DNA from: an uncultured Candidatus Saccharimonas sp.
GTDB lineage: Bacteria > Patescibacteriota > Saccharimonadia > Saccharimonadales > AQU-01
Length of the DNA: 64,000 nucleotides
Direction of reading: 5' to 3'
Assembly: GCA_943358095.1 (NCBI GenBank)
Contig: CALRGT010000003.1
Coordinates: 6,169-70,168, forward strand
Position 1 is the stretch's first letter. Each line of letters starts with the position of its first letter. Made by a program: the position numbers and the translations under genes. Shown here piece by piece: positions 1-7,493 of the stretch. Under the pieces are notes generated by a model. That model was not told the origin of the DNA, did not search any database, and saw only the letters and a program-made list of their open reading frames with translations.

Positions 1-1133
1 GGGTAGTGCTGGCAAATGGCGAAGTAATAGAGACGAGACGATTAAGCAAACGAGAGCTCGACAAAAAGCTTGGCCTAACGACTCTAGAGGGCGAAATTTA
101 CCGTTCATTAGATACGCTTATCGAAGAAAATAGCCAACTAATAAAGAACTTTCGACTGGGAGTTAGCAAGAACTCTGCAGGATTTGATATTTTTGATGTG
201 AAGCACAAGGACGGCTCCTTTGACCTTTCCCCGCTTATAATTGGTTCACAGGGAACACTAGGAATCGTTACCGAGGCTGTATTGTCGACATCGCCACATA
301 ATCCAGACACAACTGTTATTGCTGCTTTGTTTGACGATATTCAGGTGGCCGAACAGGTTATACTTGAGCTTCGTAAATTGCCAGAATCACCTAGTGCTAT
401 CGAAATGGTGGACGAGGCATTGTTAAATTTTGTCGACCAGCAAAATCCTCATCAGCTGAAGGGTGTATTTACTAAGCCTTTTCCTAGAATTGTTTTGTTG
501 ATAGAGTTTGATAATTTGAACGCAAGACTACAGAGTAAAATGGTTAAAAAAGCGACAAAGATACTTAAGAATAATCAGGTTGTTTACAAAGTAGAATCTG
601 AGGACCTAGCCAAAGAAAAATTATGGAAAATCCGCAACTCATCGGCAATTTTATACAGTCATTCAGATGGAGGAGCAAAACCATTACCAATAATAGAAGA
701 CGGTATCGTACCTGTTGAGAAATTTAGTGAATTTCTAGCTGGTATATATTTGCTATTTGAGAAATATAAACTAGTACCATCAGTTTGGGGTCACGCCGGA
801 GATGCGAATTTGCATGTTCAGCCAATATTAGACCTATCATTAGTTGGTGACAGGCAGAAGATTTTTAAATTAATGGAAGAATACAGTGAGTTAGTCATAG
901 GTTTAGGCGGCAGCACTTCAGGTGAGCATGGTGACGGCAGACTAAGAGCCCCTTATCTTAAGAAGCTCTACGGTGATGAAATTTATGCTATCTTCCAGAA
1001 AATAAAACTGATATTTGATCCTTATAATACAATGAACCCAGGCGTTAAGGTGAATGTGTCGATTGACGAGATTAAGCCTTTGCTTAGGCAGGAGTTTACA
1101 ATTAATCATGCTCAGCATCTACCTCACAACTAA
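1..1133 (+). CDS. FAD-linked oxidase, GlcD/D-lactate dehydrogenase family (5' end outside window)
   Basis: Frame stays open to the window edge. C-terminal FAD-oxidase signature GEHGDGRLRAPYL and FDPYNTMNPG tail. Stop at 1131-1133. Confidence 0.8.
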   Translation, partial: VVLANGEVIETRRLSKRELDKKLGLTTLEGEIYRSLDTLIEENSQLIKNFRLGVSKNSAGFDIFDVKHKDGSFDLSPLIIGSQGTLGIVTEAVLSTSPHNPDTTVIAALFDDIQVAEQVILELRKLPESPSAIEMVDEALLNFVDQQNPHQLKGVFTKPFPRIVLLIEFDNLNARLQSKMVKKATKILKNNQVVYKVESEDLAKEKLWKIRNSSAILYSHSDGGAKPLPIIEDGIVPVEKFSEFLAGIYLLFEKYKLVPSVWGHAGDANLHVQPILDLSLVGDRQKIFKLMEEYSELVIGLGGSTSGEHGDGRLRAPYLKKLYGDEIYAIFQKIKLIFDPYNTMNPGVKVNVSIDEIKPLLRQEFTINHAQHLPHN

Positions 1134-1136
1134 TTT

Positions 1137-1400
1137 ATGAAGGCGTATGACTTAATAGGACTAATCGGCGCGATATTTCTTCTTTTTGGATTCTATAGAG
1201 TTACTATTGGTAAATGGACCAACAAATCACTGTGGTACGAGCTAGATAATGTGATAGGACCAGTGCTACTAATAATTTACCAGTTACACCTACGAGCGTA
1301 TATTAGCGTGGTCCTTAATGCGGTTTGGGCGATTGTCGCCTTTAAGGGCATAACTTCCTACGCTGAAAGATTTGTTACTGCTCGTAGGTCAAAGCAATAG
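1137..1400 (+). CDS. small membrane protein, unknown function
   Basis: 87-aa ORF 4 nt after the previous stop. Two or three hydrophobic helices. No family recognised. Confidence 0.5.
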   Translation: MKAYDLIGLIGAIFLLFGFYRVTIGKWTNKSLWYELDNVIGPVLLIIYQLHLRAYISVVLNAVWAIVAFKGITSYAERFVTARRSKQ

Positions 1401-1469
1401 AGCTTGAGTTTTTGTCTAAAAAATAGTAATATAACAGAGTTATTATGACTGTAGGCGGTTGCCGACTTA

Positions 1470-1553
1470 GCGCGAGTGGTGGAATGGTAGACACGCTTGT
1501 CTGAGGGGCAAGTGCCGCAAGGTGTGGAGGTTCAAGTCCTCTCTCGCGCACCA
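1470..1553 (+). tRNA. tRNA-Leu(GAG)
   Basis: Acceptor GCGCGAG/CTCGCGC. Anticodon stem CTTGT/GCAAG with loop CTGAGGG. Long variable arm, T-loop TTCAAGT, encoded ACCA. Confidence 0.9.
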
Positions 1554-1566
1554 TAGTAATAGATTA

Positions 1567-1643
1567 GGGCGCTTAGCTCAGTTGGCTAGAGCATCTCGTT
1601 TACACCGAGAGGGTCGGGGGTTCGAGTCCCTCAGCGCCCACCA
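1567..1643 (+). tRNA. tRNA-Val(TAC)
   Basis: Acceptor GGGCGCT/AGCGCCC. D-arm GCTCAGTTGGCTAGAGC. Anticodon stem TCTCG/CGAGA with loop TTTACAC. T-loop TTCGAGT, encoded ACCA. Confidence 0.95.
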
Positions 1644-1652
1644 AGAATAAAA

Positions 1653-1675
1653 CCGACCCTAAAGGTCGGTTTTTT
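1653..1675 (+). terminator. intrinsic terminator after tRNA-Val
   Basis: Hairpin CCGACC-ctaaa-GGTCGG followed by TTTTTT. The 5' arm CCGACCCT is antisense to tRNA-Val AGGGTCGG. Confidence 0.8.
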
Positions 1676-1716
1676 CATGGCTTGGCGATGAAGCAAATGA
1701 ACTGCTTCATTTGCGT

Positions 1717-1832
1717 GGGGCGAAGAACAGTCGGAGCCTTGTGCGCCGGTACTTGGCGCACGGCGAGACGGGGTCGACCGCAAAATGCAAGGCATTTTGA
1801 CGGGTGACTCGAAAGTCCCTCAGCGCCCACCA
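1717..1832 (+). pseudogene. degenerate tRNA-Val-derived copy (tRNA-like remnant)
   Basis: GGGCG...CGCCC acceptor-like pairing. A 7-bp hairpin has loop GGTACTT with TAC central. The last 19 nt, AGTCCCTCAGCGCCCACCA, are identical to the tRNA-Val 3' end. No intact D or T arm. Confidence 0.6.
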
Positions 1833-1840
1833 AAGAAAAA

Positions 1841-1871
1841 TGCCAGACTTTATGTCTGGCATTTTTCTTTT
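1841..1871 (+). terminator. second intrinsic terminator after the tRNA-Val-like remnant
   Basis: Hairpin TGCCAGAC-ttta-tGTCTGGCA followed by TTTTTCTTTTT. Confidence 0.8.
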
Positions 1872-1922
1872 TAGACTTACTTATTTAGAGGTAGTACAAT
1901 TAGGTCATAAATAAGGAGCAAT

Positions 1923-2687
1923 ATGGGTACATTAATAACAATTTTGGTAGTTGGATTATTTATTATTCTAGTAAATAGTGTAAGGATTATTAATCAGTAC
2001 GAGCGTGGTGTTGTTTTTCGCCTTGGTAAAGTTCAGGGTGATATTAAGCAGCCCGGCCTAAGATTAATTATCCCAATTATCGACCAAATGCGTAAAGTCC
2101 CACTACGTACAATTACTCTGCCGATCGAAACACAAAAAATTATCACAAAAGACAATGTTTCGATCGATGTTTCGGCTGTTGCTTATTACCAAGTAGCAGA
2201 TCCAATTAAATCAATTGTTGAGATCGAGAATGTTGTTTCGGCAACTTATCAGATCGCTCAGACTACCGTGCGTAATGTTGTTGGCCAGTCAACTATGGAT
2301 AATGTGTTGAGTGAAACTACGGAATTGAACGAAAAAGTTAAGTCTATTTTGGATATAGCTACCGAAAAATGGGGTATATATGTTAGCAATGTTGAGCTAA
2401 AGGACATCCAGCTACCTGAAAGCATGCAGCGAGCTATGGCCAAACAAGCTGAAGCAGAGCGTGAAAAACGTGCAAAAATTATTGCTGCTGAAGGTGAAGC
2501 CCTAAGTGCTGCCAAGTTAGGTGAAGCAGCTGATATCATCAGCGCTCACCCAATTGCATTGCAACTTCGTAATCTCCAGGTTCTTAGTGAAATTGCGGTC
2601 GAAAAGAACTCAACTATCATTTTCCCAAGTCAATTCATGGACACAGTCTCAAGCGTCAAAGAATTCATGGCCAAAGAGACTAAGTAA
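1923..2687 (+). CDS. SPFH/band-7 (stomatin-like, slipin) family protein
   Basis: N-terminal TM helix. Motifs [31 protein letters not shown] and a C-terminal [12 protein letters not shown] coiled region typical of the stomatin/HflK-C family. Confidence 0.9.
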   Translation: MGTLITILVVGLFIILVNSVRIINQYERGVVFRLGKVQGDIKQPGLRLIIPIIDQMRKVPLRTITLPIETQKIITKDNVSIDVSAVAYYQVADPIKSIVEIENVVSATYQIAQTTVRNVVGQSTMDNVLSETTELNEKVKSILDIATEKWGIYVSNVELKDIQLPESMQRAMAKQAEAEREKRAKIIAAEGEALSAAKLGEAADIISAHPIALQLRNLQVLSEIAVEKNSTIIFPSQFMDTVSSVKEFMAKETK

Positions 2688-2688
2688 A

Positions 2689-3015
2689 GTGTCAGATTCT
2701 AAAACATTAAAAGAATATCAAAAACAAGTCGACGACCAATTGCAGCCTTATTTAAAACCATATTGGGATCCGCTCAGTAACATGGCCAGGCTTACGGAAG
2801 AGGCGGGGGAAGTAGCAAGAATACTCAATCATCAATTTGGCGATAAGCCCAAGAAAGATAATGAAGAGCATGAGGATCTTGCTGACGAGCTCGCCGACAT
2901 TATCTATACGGTCATTTGTTTGGCTAATAGCCAGGGCATAGAACTTGACCCAGCACTAGAAAGGGCGATAGCAAAACTAGAGACAAGAGATGCTGGTAGA
3001 TTTGCTAAGAAGTAG
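2689..3015 (+). CDS. MazG-type nucleotide pyrophosphohydrolase domain protein
   Basis: GTG start 2 nt after the SPFH stop, in frame with ORF 2521-3015. EEAGEVARIL ... ELADIIYTVICLAN is the MazG EExxE/ExxD helix pair. Confidence 0.8.
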   Translation: MSDSKTLKEYQKQVDDQLQPYLKPYWDPLSNMARLTEEAGEVARILNHQFGDKPKKDNEEHEDLADELADIIYTVICLANSQGIELDPALERAIAKLETRDAGRFAKK

Positions 3016-3066
3016 TAAACTTGAAAAACCCCCTGTTTTCAAGTAGAATACTCTGGTTACTAGCGT

Positions 3067-3142
3067 GGCTCTTTAGCTCAGTTGGTAGAGCAGGGGCCTG
3101 AAGAGCCCTGTGTCCCCAGTTCGAGTCTGGGAGGAGCCACCA
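3067..3142 (+). tRNA. tRNA-Phe(GAA)
   Basis: Acceptor GGCTCTT/AGGAGCC. Anticodon stem GGGGC/GCCCT with loop CTGAAGA. T-loop TTCGAGT, encoded ACCA. Confidence 0.95.
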
Positions 3143-3152
3143 AAGTAAAAGT

Positions 3153-3180
3153 CTCAGCCGTAAGGCTGGGGCTTTTTCTT
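3153..3180 (+). terminator. intrinsic terminator after tRNA-Phe
   Basis: Hairpin CTCAGCC-gtaa-GGCTGGG followed by CTTTTTCTTT. Confidence 0.75.
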
Positions 3181-3322
3181 TGGCCTAGGCTTTGCCTAGG
3201 GACTCGAACTGCTACAGTTCGCTAATTCACTGAAAAGTAAGTTTCTTTTCAGTGAATTATATCCTGAGACCGAGTCGCATCGTGCGACGCGGCTCGAGGG
3301 AGTATTCTGGGAGGAGCCTCCA
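3181..3322 (+). repeat. tRNA-Phe-derived trailer (inverted + direct self-fragments)
   Basis: GACTCGAACTG (3201-3211) is the exact reverse complement of the tRNA-Phe T-loop region CAGTTCGAGTC, followed by a direct CAGTTCG. A 14-bp hairpin carries CTGAAAAG (compare anticodon loop CTGAAGAG). It ends with TCTGGGAGGAGCCtCCA versus tRNA TCTGGGAGGAGCCaCCA. Confidence 0.6.
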
Positions 3323-3331
3323 ATAAAAACA

Positions 3332-3613
3332 TTAGTCTAGATGCTTAAAATTACGCGTTAACAGCCAAAGCATACAAAGTCCAAGAAGTCCGGTGAGTAT
3401 ATCTGTTAAGTAAGAGGAATCAACCGGCAATAACCTATCTAAAATATTCCAGGACGCACGCCAAAATAACACTGTTGCTATTGCGATGCCGATATAATGC
3501 ACTTGTCCAAGTTTTCGCTTCTTCATCAACCCATCATAATCGTTTATGTCTTTTAAGTCTATTGCCTTAGTGTTTGTTTGTGCACTTGTCTCTGTAGTTA
3601 CATTTTGATACAA
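3332..3613 (-). CDS. small membrane protein, unknown function
   Basis: 93-aa ORF with two C-terminal hydrophobic helices. No family recognised. Confidence 0.5.
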   Translation of the reverse strand: MYQNVTTETSAQTNTKAIDLKDINDYDGLMKKRKLGQVHYIGIAIATVLFWRASWNILDRLLPVDSSYLTDILTGLLGLCMLWLLTRNFKHLD

Positions 3614-3629
3614 TCTCTTGAGTAAACAT

Positions 3630-3706
3630 GCGGGTGTAGCTCAGTTGTTTAGAGCGCGTCCTTGCCAAGGACGAGGCCAAGGGTTAGAGTCCCTTTACCC
3701 GCACCA
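3630..3706 (+). tRNA. tRNA-Gly(GCC)
   Basis: Acceptor GCGGGTG/TACCCGC. Anticodon stem CGTCC/GGACG with loop TTGCCAA. Unusual D-loop AGTTGTTTA and T-loop TTAGAGT. Encoded ACCA. Confidence 0.9.
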
Positions 3707-3715
3707 AAATTAGAG

Positions 3716-3741
3716 CCCCACGAAAGTGGGGTTTTAATTTT
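3716..3741 (+). terminator. intrinsic terminator after tRNA-Gly
   Basis: Hairpin CCCCAC-gaaa-GTGGGG followed by TTTTAATTTT. Confidence 0.75.
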
Positions 3742-3750
3742 GGTTTGAGA

Positions 3751-3843
3751 TTCTAACCCTTGGCCTCGTCAAAATCAAATAATAGGCCAAGTGTCTTCCT
3801 CGACCGCCTACGGTCGAGGCGTTAGAGTCCCTTTACCCCTAAC
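3751..3843 (+). repeat. tRNA-Gly-derived trailer (inverted + direct self-fragments)
   Basis: TTCTAACCCTTGGCCTCGTC (3751-3770) is the reverse complement of tRNA-Gly GACGAGGCCAAGGGTTAGAg (19/20). Then a direct AGGCCAAG, an inserted 8-bp hairpin CCTCGACC/GGTCGAGG, and GTTAGAGTCCCTTTACCC, 18/18 identical to the tRNA 3' part. Confidence 0.65.
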
Positions 3844-4017
3844 TAGAAATTTGATTTATCGCGTCGATGCTAGTATTTACGATGAGTCAAAAGTAGTCGT
3901 GCCTGGCTGTTTAACTCGCGACCTTATTGAGGGCTAGCTCTAGGTAACCCGTTGATTTATTAACAAGTGTAATTTATAATTACGCTAAAGGTAATTGGTT
4001 TTATAGGGTTTGAGGGG

Positions 4018-5703
4018 ATGAGGATAGCTTTAATGCAGAGATTTAGAACTATATTGTCTAAATTGGCGCTGTTAAGTGCGGCGTTGATAATAAGTGGTGC
4101 TCCTAGAGCATTTGCTTTGGTTGGCCCGCACTCATTTACCAATACCGAAACTGGCGATGTTTATTTGGGCGGCGACTACATAGAGCTTGGTATAAGTAAA
4201 CCTGGATCATTCGGAACTACTCTCGGTACAATTCCCACAGGTTTTTTTGGAACCTCTATAGTTAGTGTCGGCATGACTACTAATCCATCTGGATTGGGTG
4301 AGACTCCTAACTTGATTATGGATTACTTTTTACCAGGCTCGCCAGAAGAGCGTTGGGTAGTTGGATATAAAGAGAATGGAACGCCTGCAATTGGCTCTAA
4401 CAGCCTACTTATGAATAATTTATATAATAATAGCCTAGATATGCCAGACAACGTTGTGACTAATCAATCGACAGGAGATCTACTAAAGGCCACGAGTCTT
4501 GGTACGCTAAACAACAAACTACAGACAACGCAGGTTATATCTTTTAACCGTGCGGATAAGTATTTTAGAAATCAGGTAACCTTAAAGAATGTGGGTGTCG
4601 CATCCATAGACAGCGTACGTTTTATGCGTAATTTTGACCCTGATAATACTGTTTTTCAGGGCGGAAGTTACACTACTCACAATACAATACCGTTCACCCA
4701 AGAAGCCGGTGACGGTAAGGCAGTAGTTATTGCTGATACTAACCGACCAGGACTAGTCGACCCGGTTAAAGCAGTGAACGGCTCAGACTCACCAATAATG
4801 TTTTATAGTAGTGATTCCCGAGCAAGAGTTTCAATATACGGGTTTAGTAACAAGAATCCCTATCAGGCACAAGCATATGATGAGGCGCTACCGAAAGGAA
4901 CTGTTATTGTTGGTGACTTATCCGTTACTATAACTTTTGATGTCGGAACGTTGGCTCCAGGTGCATCCGAGACAGTAGTTTACTATACTAGCCTCGATAA
5001 CCGTGATTTCACAGAAGTTGTAGCCGCGATCGAGAGTAATGATAGCGACAACATCGAAAAAGCAGTAGAAGATGCAGCACCAAATAACGGTGATAGTAAC
5101 GGCGATGGCATAGCTGACAGTACGCAGGATAGCGTCGCAGCTTTTCCAAACAGCGTGGTTGGAGGCGGCGCCTACCAGACGCTCACTAGTAGCGGTGACT
5201 GTTCTACTGTCAAAGAGGTTAGCGGTGGTGCAGTAGAAACATTTGGCGTAGATAGCTCATACAAGTACCCGCTCGGCCTCGCTAGCTTTACTTTAGCTTG
5301 TGCTAATCCTGGTGGAACAGCACATATAAAAATATTTTATGACAAGGTATATGATACGACTGCCTGGAAGGCTAGAAAATTTGTCAAAGGTTCGTTTATC
5401 GACATTCCTGGGGCCGTTTTTGGAGCTGCTGACGTTGGCTCCACAAAGGTGACTACTTTGTCTTACGATGTCACTGATGGTGGGATCCTAGATTCAGATG
5501 GATTAACAGATGGCGTAATCATAGATCCAGCGGGTCCTGCGCAACTTAAATTAACCGCACCCAACACTGGTTTTTATAACGATCAATCTGGGCTAAAGGC
5601 TTTGATGACAGGACTATCTTTACTTACTGCTGGAGTCTTGAGTTTGTGGTTTATTGGTAGACAGCACGCTCGATTCCTCGGCGACAGCTCAGACATTAAA
5701 TAG
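4018..5703 (+). CDS. secreted cell-surface protein with LPXTG-like (APNTG) C-terminal sorting signal
   Basis: N-terminal signal peptide ending APRAFA. Acidic D/G-rich repeat (NNGDSNGDGIADS). C-terminus is APNTG + hydrophobic helix + RQHAR tail. Confidence 0.7.
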   Translation: MRIALMQRFRTILSKLALLSAALIISGAPRAFALVGPHSFTNTETGDVYLGGDYIELGISKPGSFGTTLGTIPTGFFGTSIVSVGMTTNPSGLGETPNLIMDYFLPGSPEERWVVGYKENGTPAIGSNSLLMNNLYNNSLDMPDNVVTNQSTGDLLKATSLGTLNNKLQTTQVISFNRADKYFRNQVTLKNVGVASIDSVRFMRNFDPDNTVFQGGSYTTHNTIPFTQEAGDGKAVVIADTNRPGLVDPVKAVNGSDSPIMFYSSDSRARVSIYGFSNKNPYQAQAYDEALPKGTVIVGDLSVTITFDVGTLAPGASETVVYYTSLDNRDFTEVVAAIESNDSDNIEKAVEDAAPNNGDSNGDGIADSTQDSVAAFPNSVVGGGAYQTLTSSGDCSTVKEVSGGAVETFGVDSSYKYPLGLASFTLACANPGGTAHIKIFYDKVYDTTAWKARKFVKGSFIDIPGAVFGAADVGSTKVTTLSYDVTDGGILDSDGLTDGVIIDPAGPAQLKLTAPNTGFYNDQSGLKALMTGLSLLTAGVLSLWFIGRQHARFLGDSSDIK

Positions 5704-5814
5704 TCATTCGCAACCAAAATATTTATTATCGTAAGTCGTTAATATTCGTGTGCAAAAACAGTAGAAGTCGGTGCCTATTTCGTAGTTTAGTTATAAGCAA
5801 TAGAGCTATGTATA

Positions 5815-6615
5815 ATGGTAGATATGAAAACACTCAACGAAATCATTGATCTATCCGGAAAGTCGGCAATTGTAACTGGTGGGGCAAAAGGTATTGGATA
5901 CGGCATAGCCTATAGGCTGGCAGAGGCAGGTGCAAAGGTGCTGATAGCAGATCTTGACGATGTAACAGCGCAGGAGGCCGCAAACGAGCTTACCGGTAAG
6001 GGCTGGACTGTTAAGGCGATAAGAACTGATGTATCTGACGAACAGGCCGTAAAAATGATGATAGACGCCTGTAAAGAGCTGTATGGCTCAGTTGATATTT
6101 TGGTGAATAACGCTGGCATTTATCCGTCTGAGCCGGTTTCTAGTATGACAGCCGAAGGATTCGACAAGGTCATGCATGTAAACCTCAGAAGTGTATTCCT
6201 AACTACTAAGTACGCGTCGGAAGTTATGAAAGAGCAGGGTGGTGGCAAAATTATTAATGTGTCATCAATTGACGCGCTACATCCATCAATGATTGGGCTC
6301 GCTCATTATGACGCCTCAAAGCACGGCGTATGGGGGTTCACCAAAAATTCAGCTCTTGAACTTGCCGAACATAAGATTTGGATTAACGCGATTGCACCAG
6401 GTGGCATAGCTACTCCTGGAGTCGTTGCCAGTAGTGGTGGTGCTAGCGGCGAGCAAATGGCAGAGGCGACAAAGGCTTTTCTTGGTAAGATCCCTATGCA
6501 TCGAATGGGCGAATCCGACGAGATTGGAAAGGTTGCATTATTCTTAGCAAGCGACATGTCTAGCTATATGACAGGTAGTCAAATAGTGGTCGACGGCGGA
6601 GTACTATTAAGCTAA
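5815..6615 (+). CDS. SDR family oxidoreductase (FabG/glucose dehydrogenase-like)
   Basis: TGGAKGIGYGIA cofactor motif, NNAG, and catalytic S...YxxxK (YDASKHG). Confidence 0.9.
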   Translation: MVDMKTLNEIIDLSGKSAIVTGGAKGIGYGIAYRLAEAGAKVLIADLDDVTAQEAANELTGKGWTVKAIRTDVSDEQAVKMMIDACKELYGSVDILVNNAGIYPSEPVSSMTAEGFDKVMHVNLRSVFLTTKYASEVMKEQGGGKIINVSSIDALHPSMIGLAHYDASKHGVWGFTKNSALELAEHKIWINAIAPGGIATPGVVASSGGASGEQMAEATKAFLGKIPMHRMGESDEIGKVALFLASDMSSYMTGSQIVVDGGVLLS

Positions 6616-6841
6616 ATTTCGTTAAAAAGCTTATGTCTATTGACATTATGGTGTAAAATCTAAATAGCTTCCTTAAAAAAGAAGTAGGTTTCCGCTAAAG
6701 CCAAAAGCTGGTTGTGGAAACAGAAAGTTTGAAGTCTAGGGGATACCCTGGGAATATTCAATACTACTAAAAAAGATATCGAGCAATATACTCGATTCAT
6801 CGGTTAGAGCTTTGATTGCTGCAGAAATCAAAACTCCGACT

Positions 6842-6883
6842 AAAAATTATAAACACCTCACAAAAGGGGTGTTTATAATTTTT
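6842..6883. terminator. bidirectional hairpin terminator in AT-rich spacer
   Basis: 16-bp perfect stem AAAAATTATAAACACC / GGTGTTTATAATTTTT with a 10-nt loop. A-run and T-run flanks. Confidence 0.6.
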
Positions 6884-7148
6884 AGGCCCAATAGTGACTA
6901 AGAACTATTTATGAATTTACCCTTTTATTGTATTTTTGACACCACTAACAATTATGACGATTGTGACACTAAAATATGTGCTTAAAATATTTTAACAGAT
7001 TGAGATTATGTCAAAATAATGACATTATAGTTTGTTCATAAATTAAAACTATTGCAAAAGCCAATTTTGAGGCATATAATTTGTCGGTAAATTACATTAG
7101 ATACGCTCTAATGAAAAATAATAAATTAATTATTACGTAGGAGTTTTT

Positions 7149-7472
7149 ATGGCTGTTAATGGTGAATATCTATCAATGCCCGAAGATAATGGTTTTGGTC
7201 TACAAGATGGTTGGTCATCTAGATTAAAGAGCGTGTTTTCATCACGAAAAGAAGAAGTTACTGCTGTAGAGCACGTTGAACATACTAGCCACCACACTTC
7301 TCCTATCCCAGAAGTAGCTCTAGGTGGTATCGTTATCAATCAAGGTGTTATTCCTGCCACTAAAAGAAACGGTCAGATAGACGAAAATCATCCTGGTTAC
7401 GAAATTAATATTTACAAGTCGTCATCATTGCTCTCAGCTGAAGGACAGTCAGCGGAAAGATTCATAGCTTAA
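7149..7472 (+). CDS. hypothetical protein
   Basis: 107-aa ORF with strong SD (AGGAG) 7 nt upstream of ATG. No family recognised. Confidence 0.5.
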   Translation: MAVNGEYLSMPEDNGFGLQDGWSSRLKSVFSSRKEEVTAVEHVEHTSHHTSPIPEVALGGIVINQGVIPATKRNGQIDENHPGYEINIYKSSSLLSAEGQSAERFIA

Positions 7473-7493
7473 CAGCTCTATTAGTGTCCTATT

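Noticed and set aside
1741-1761. The hairpin with TAC centred in a 7-nt loop, as evidence that the tRNA-Val-like remnant is a functional second tRNA-Val
   Set aside because: The loop is GGTACTT, with no U33 and no purine 37. The stem is 7 bp, and no proper D arm or T arm can be drawn. I treat it as a remnant or mimic, not a decoding tRNA.
2521-2688. N-terminal extension of the MazG-like ORF overlapping the SPFH gene by 167 nt
   Set aside because: The extension is out-of-frame overlap with a well-supported gene. An in-frame GTG 2 nt after the SPFH stop gives a normal-length MazG domain.
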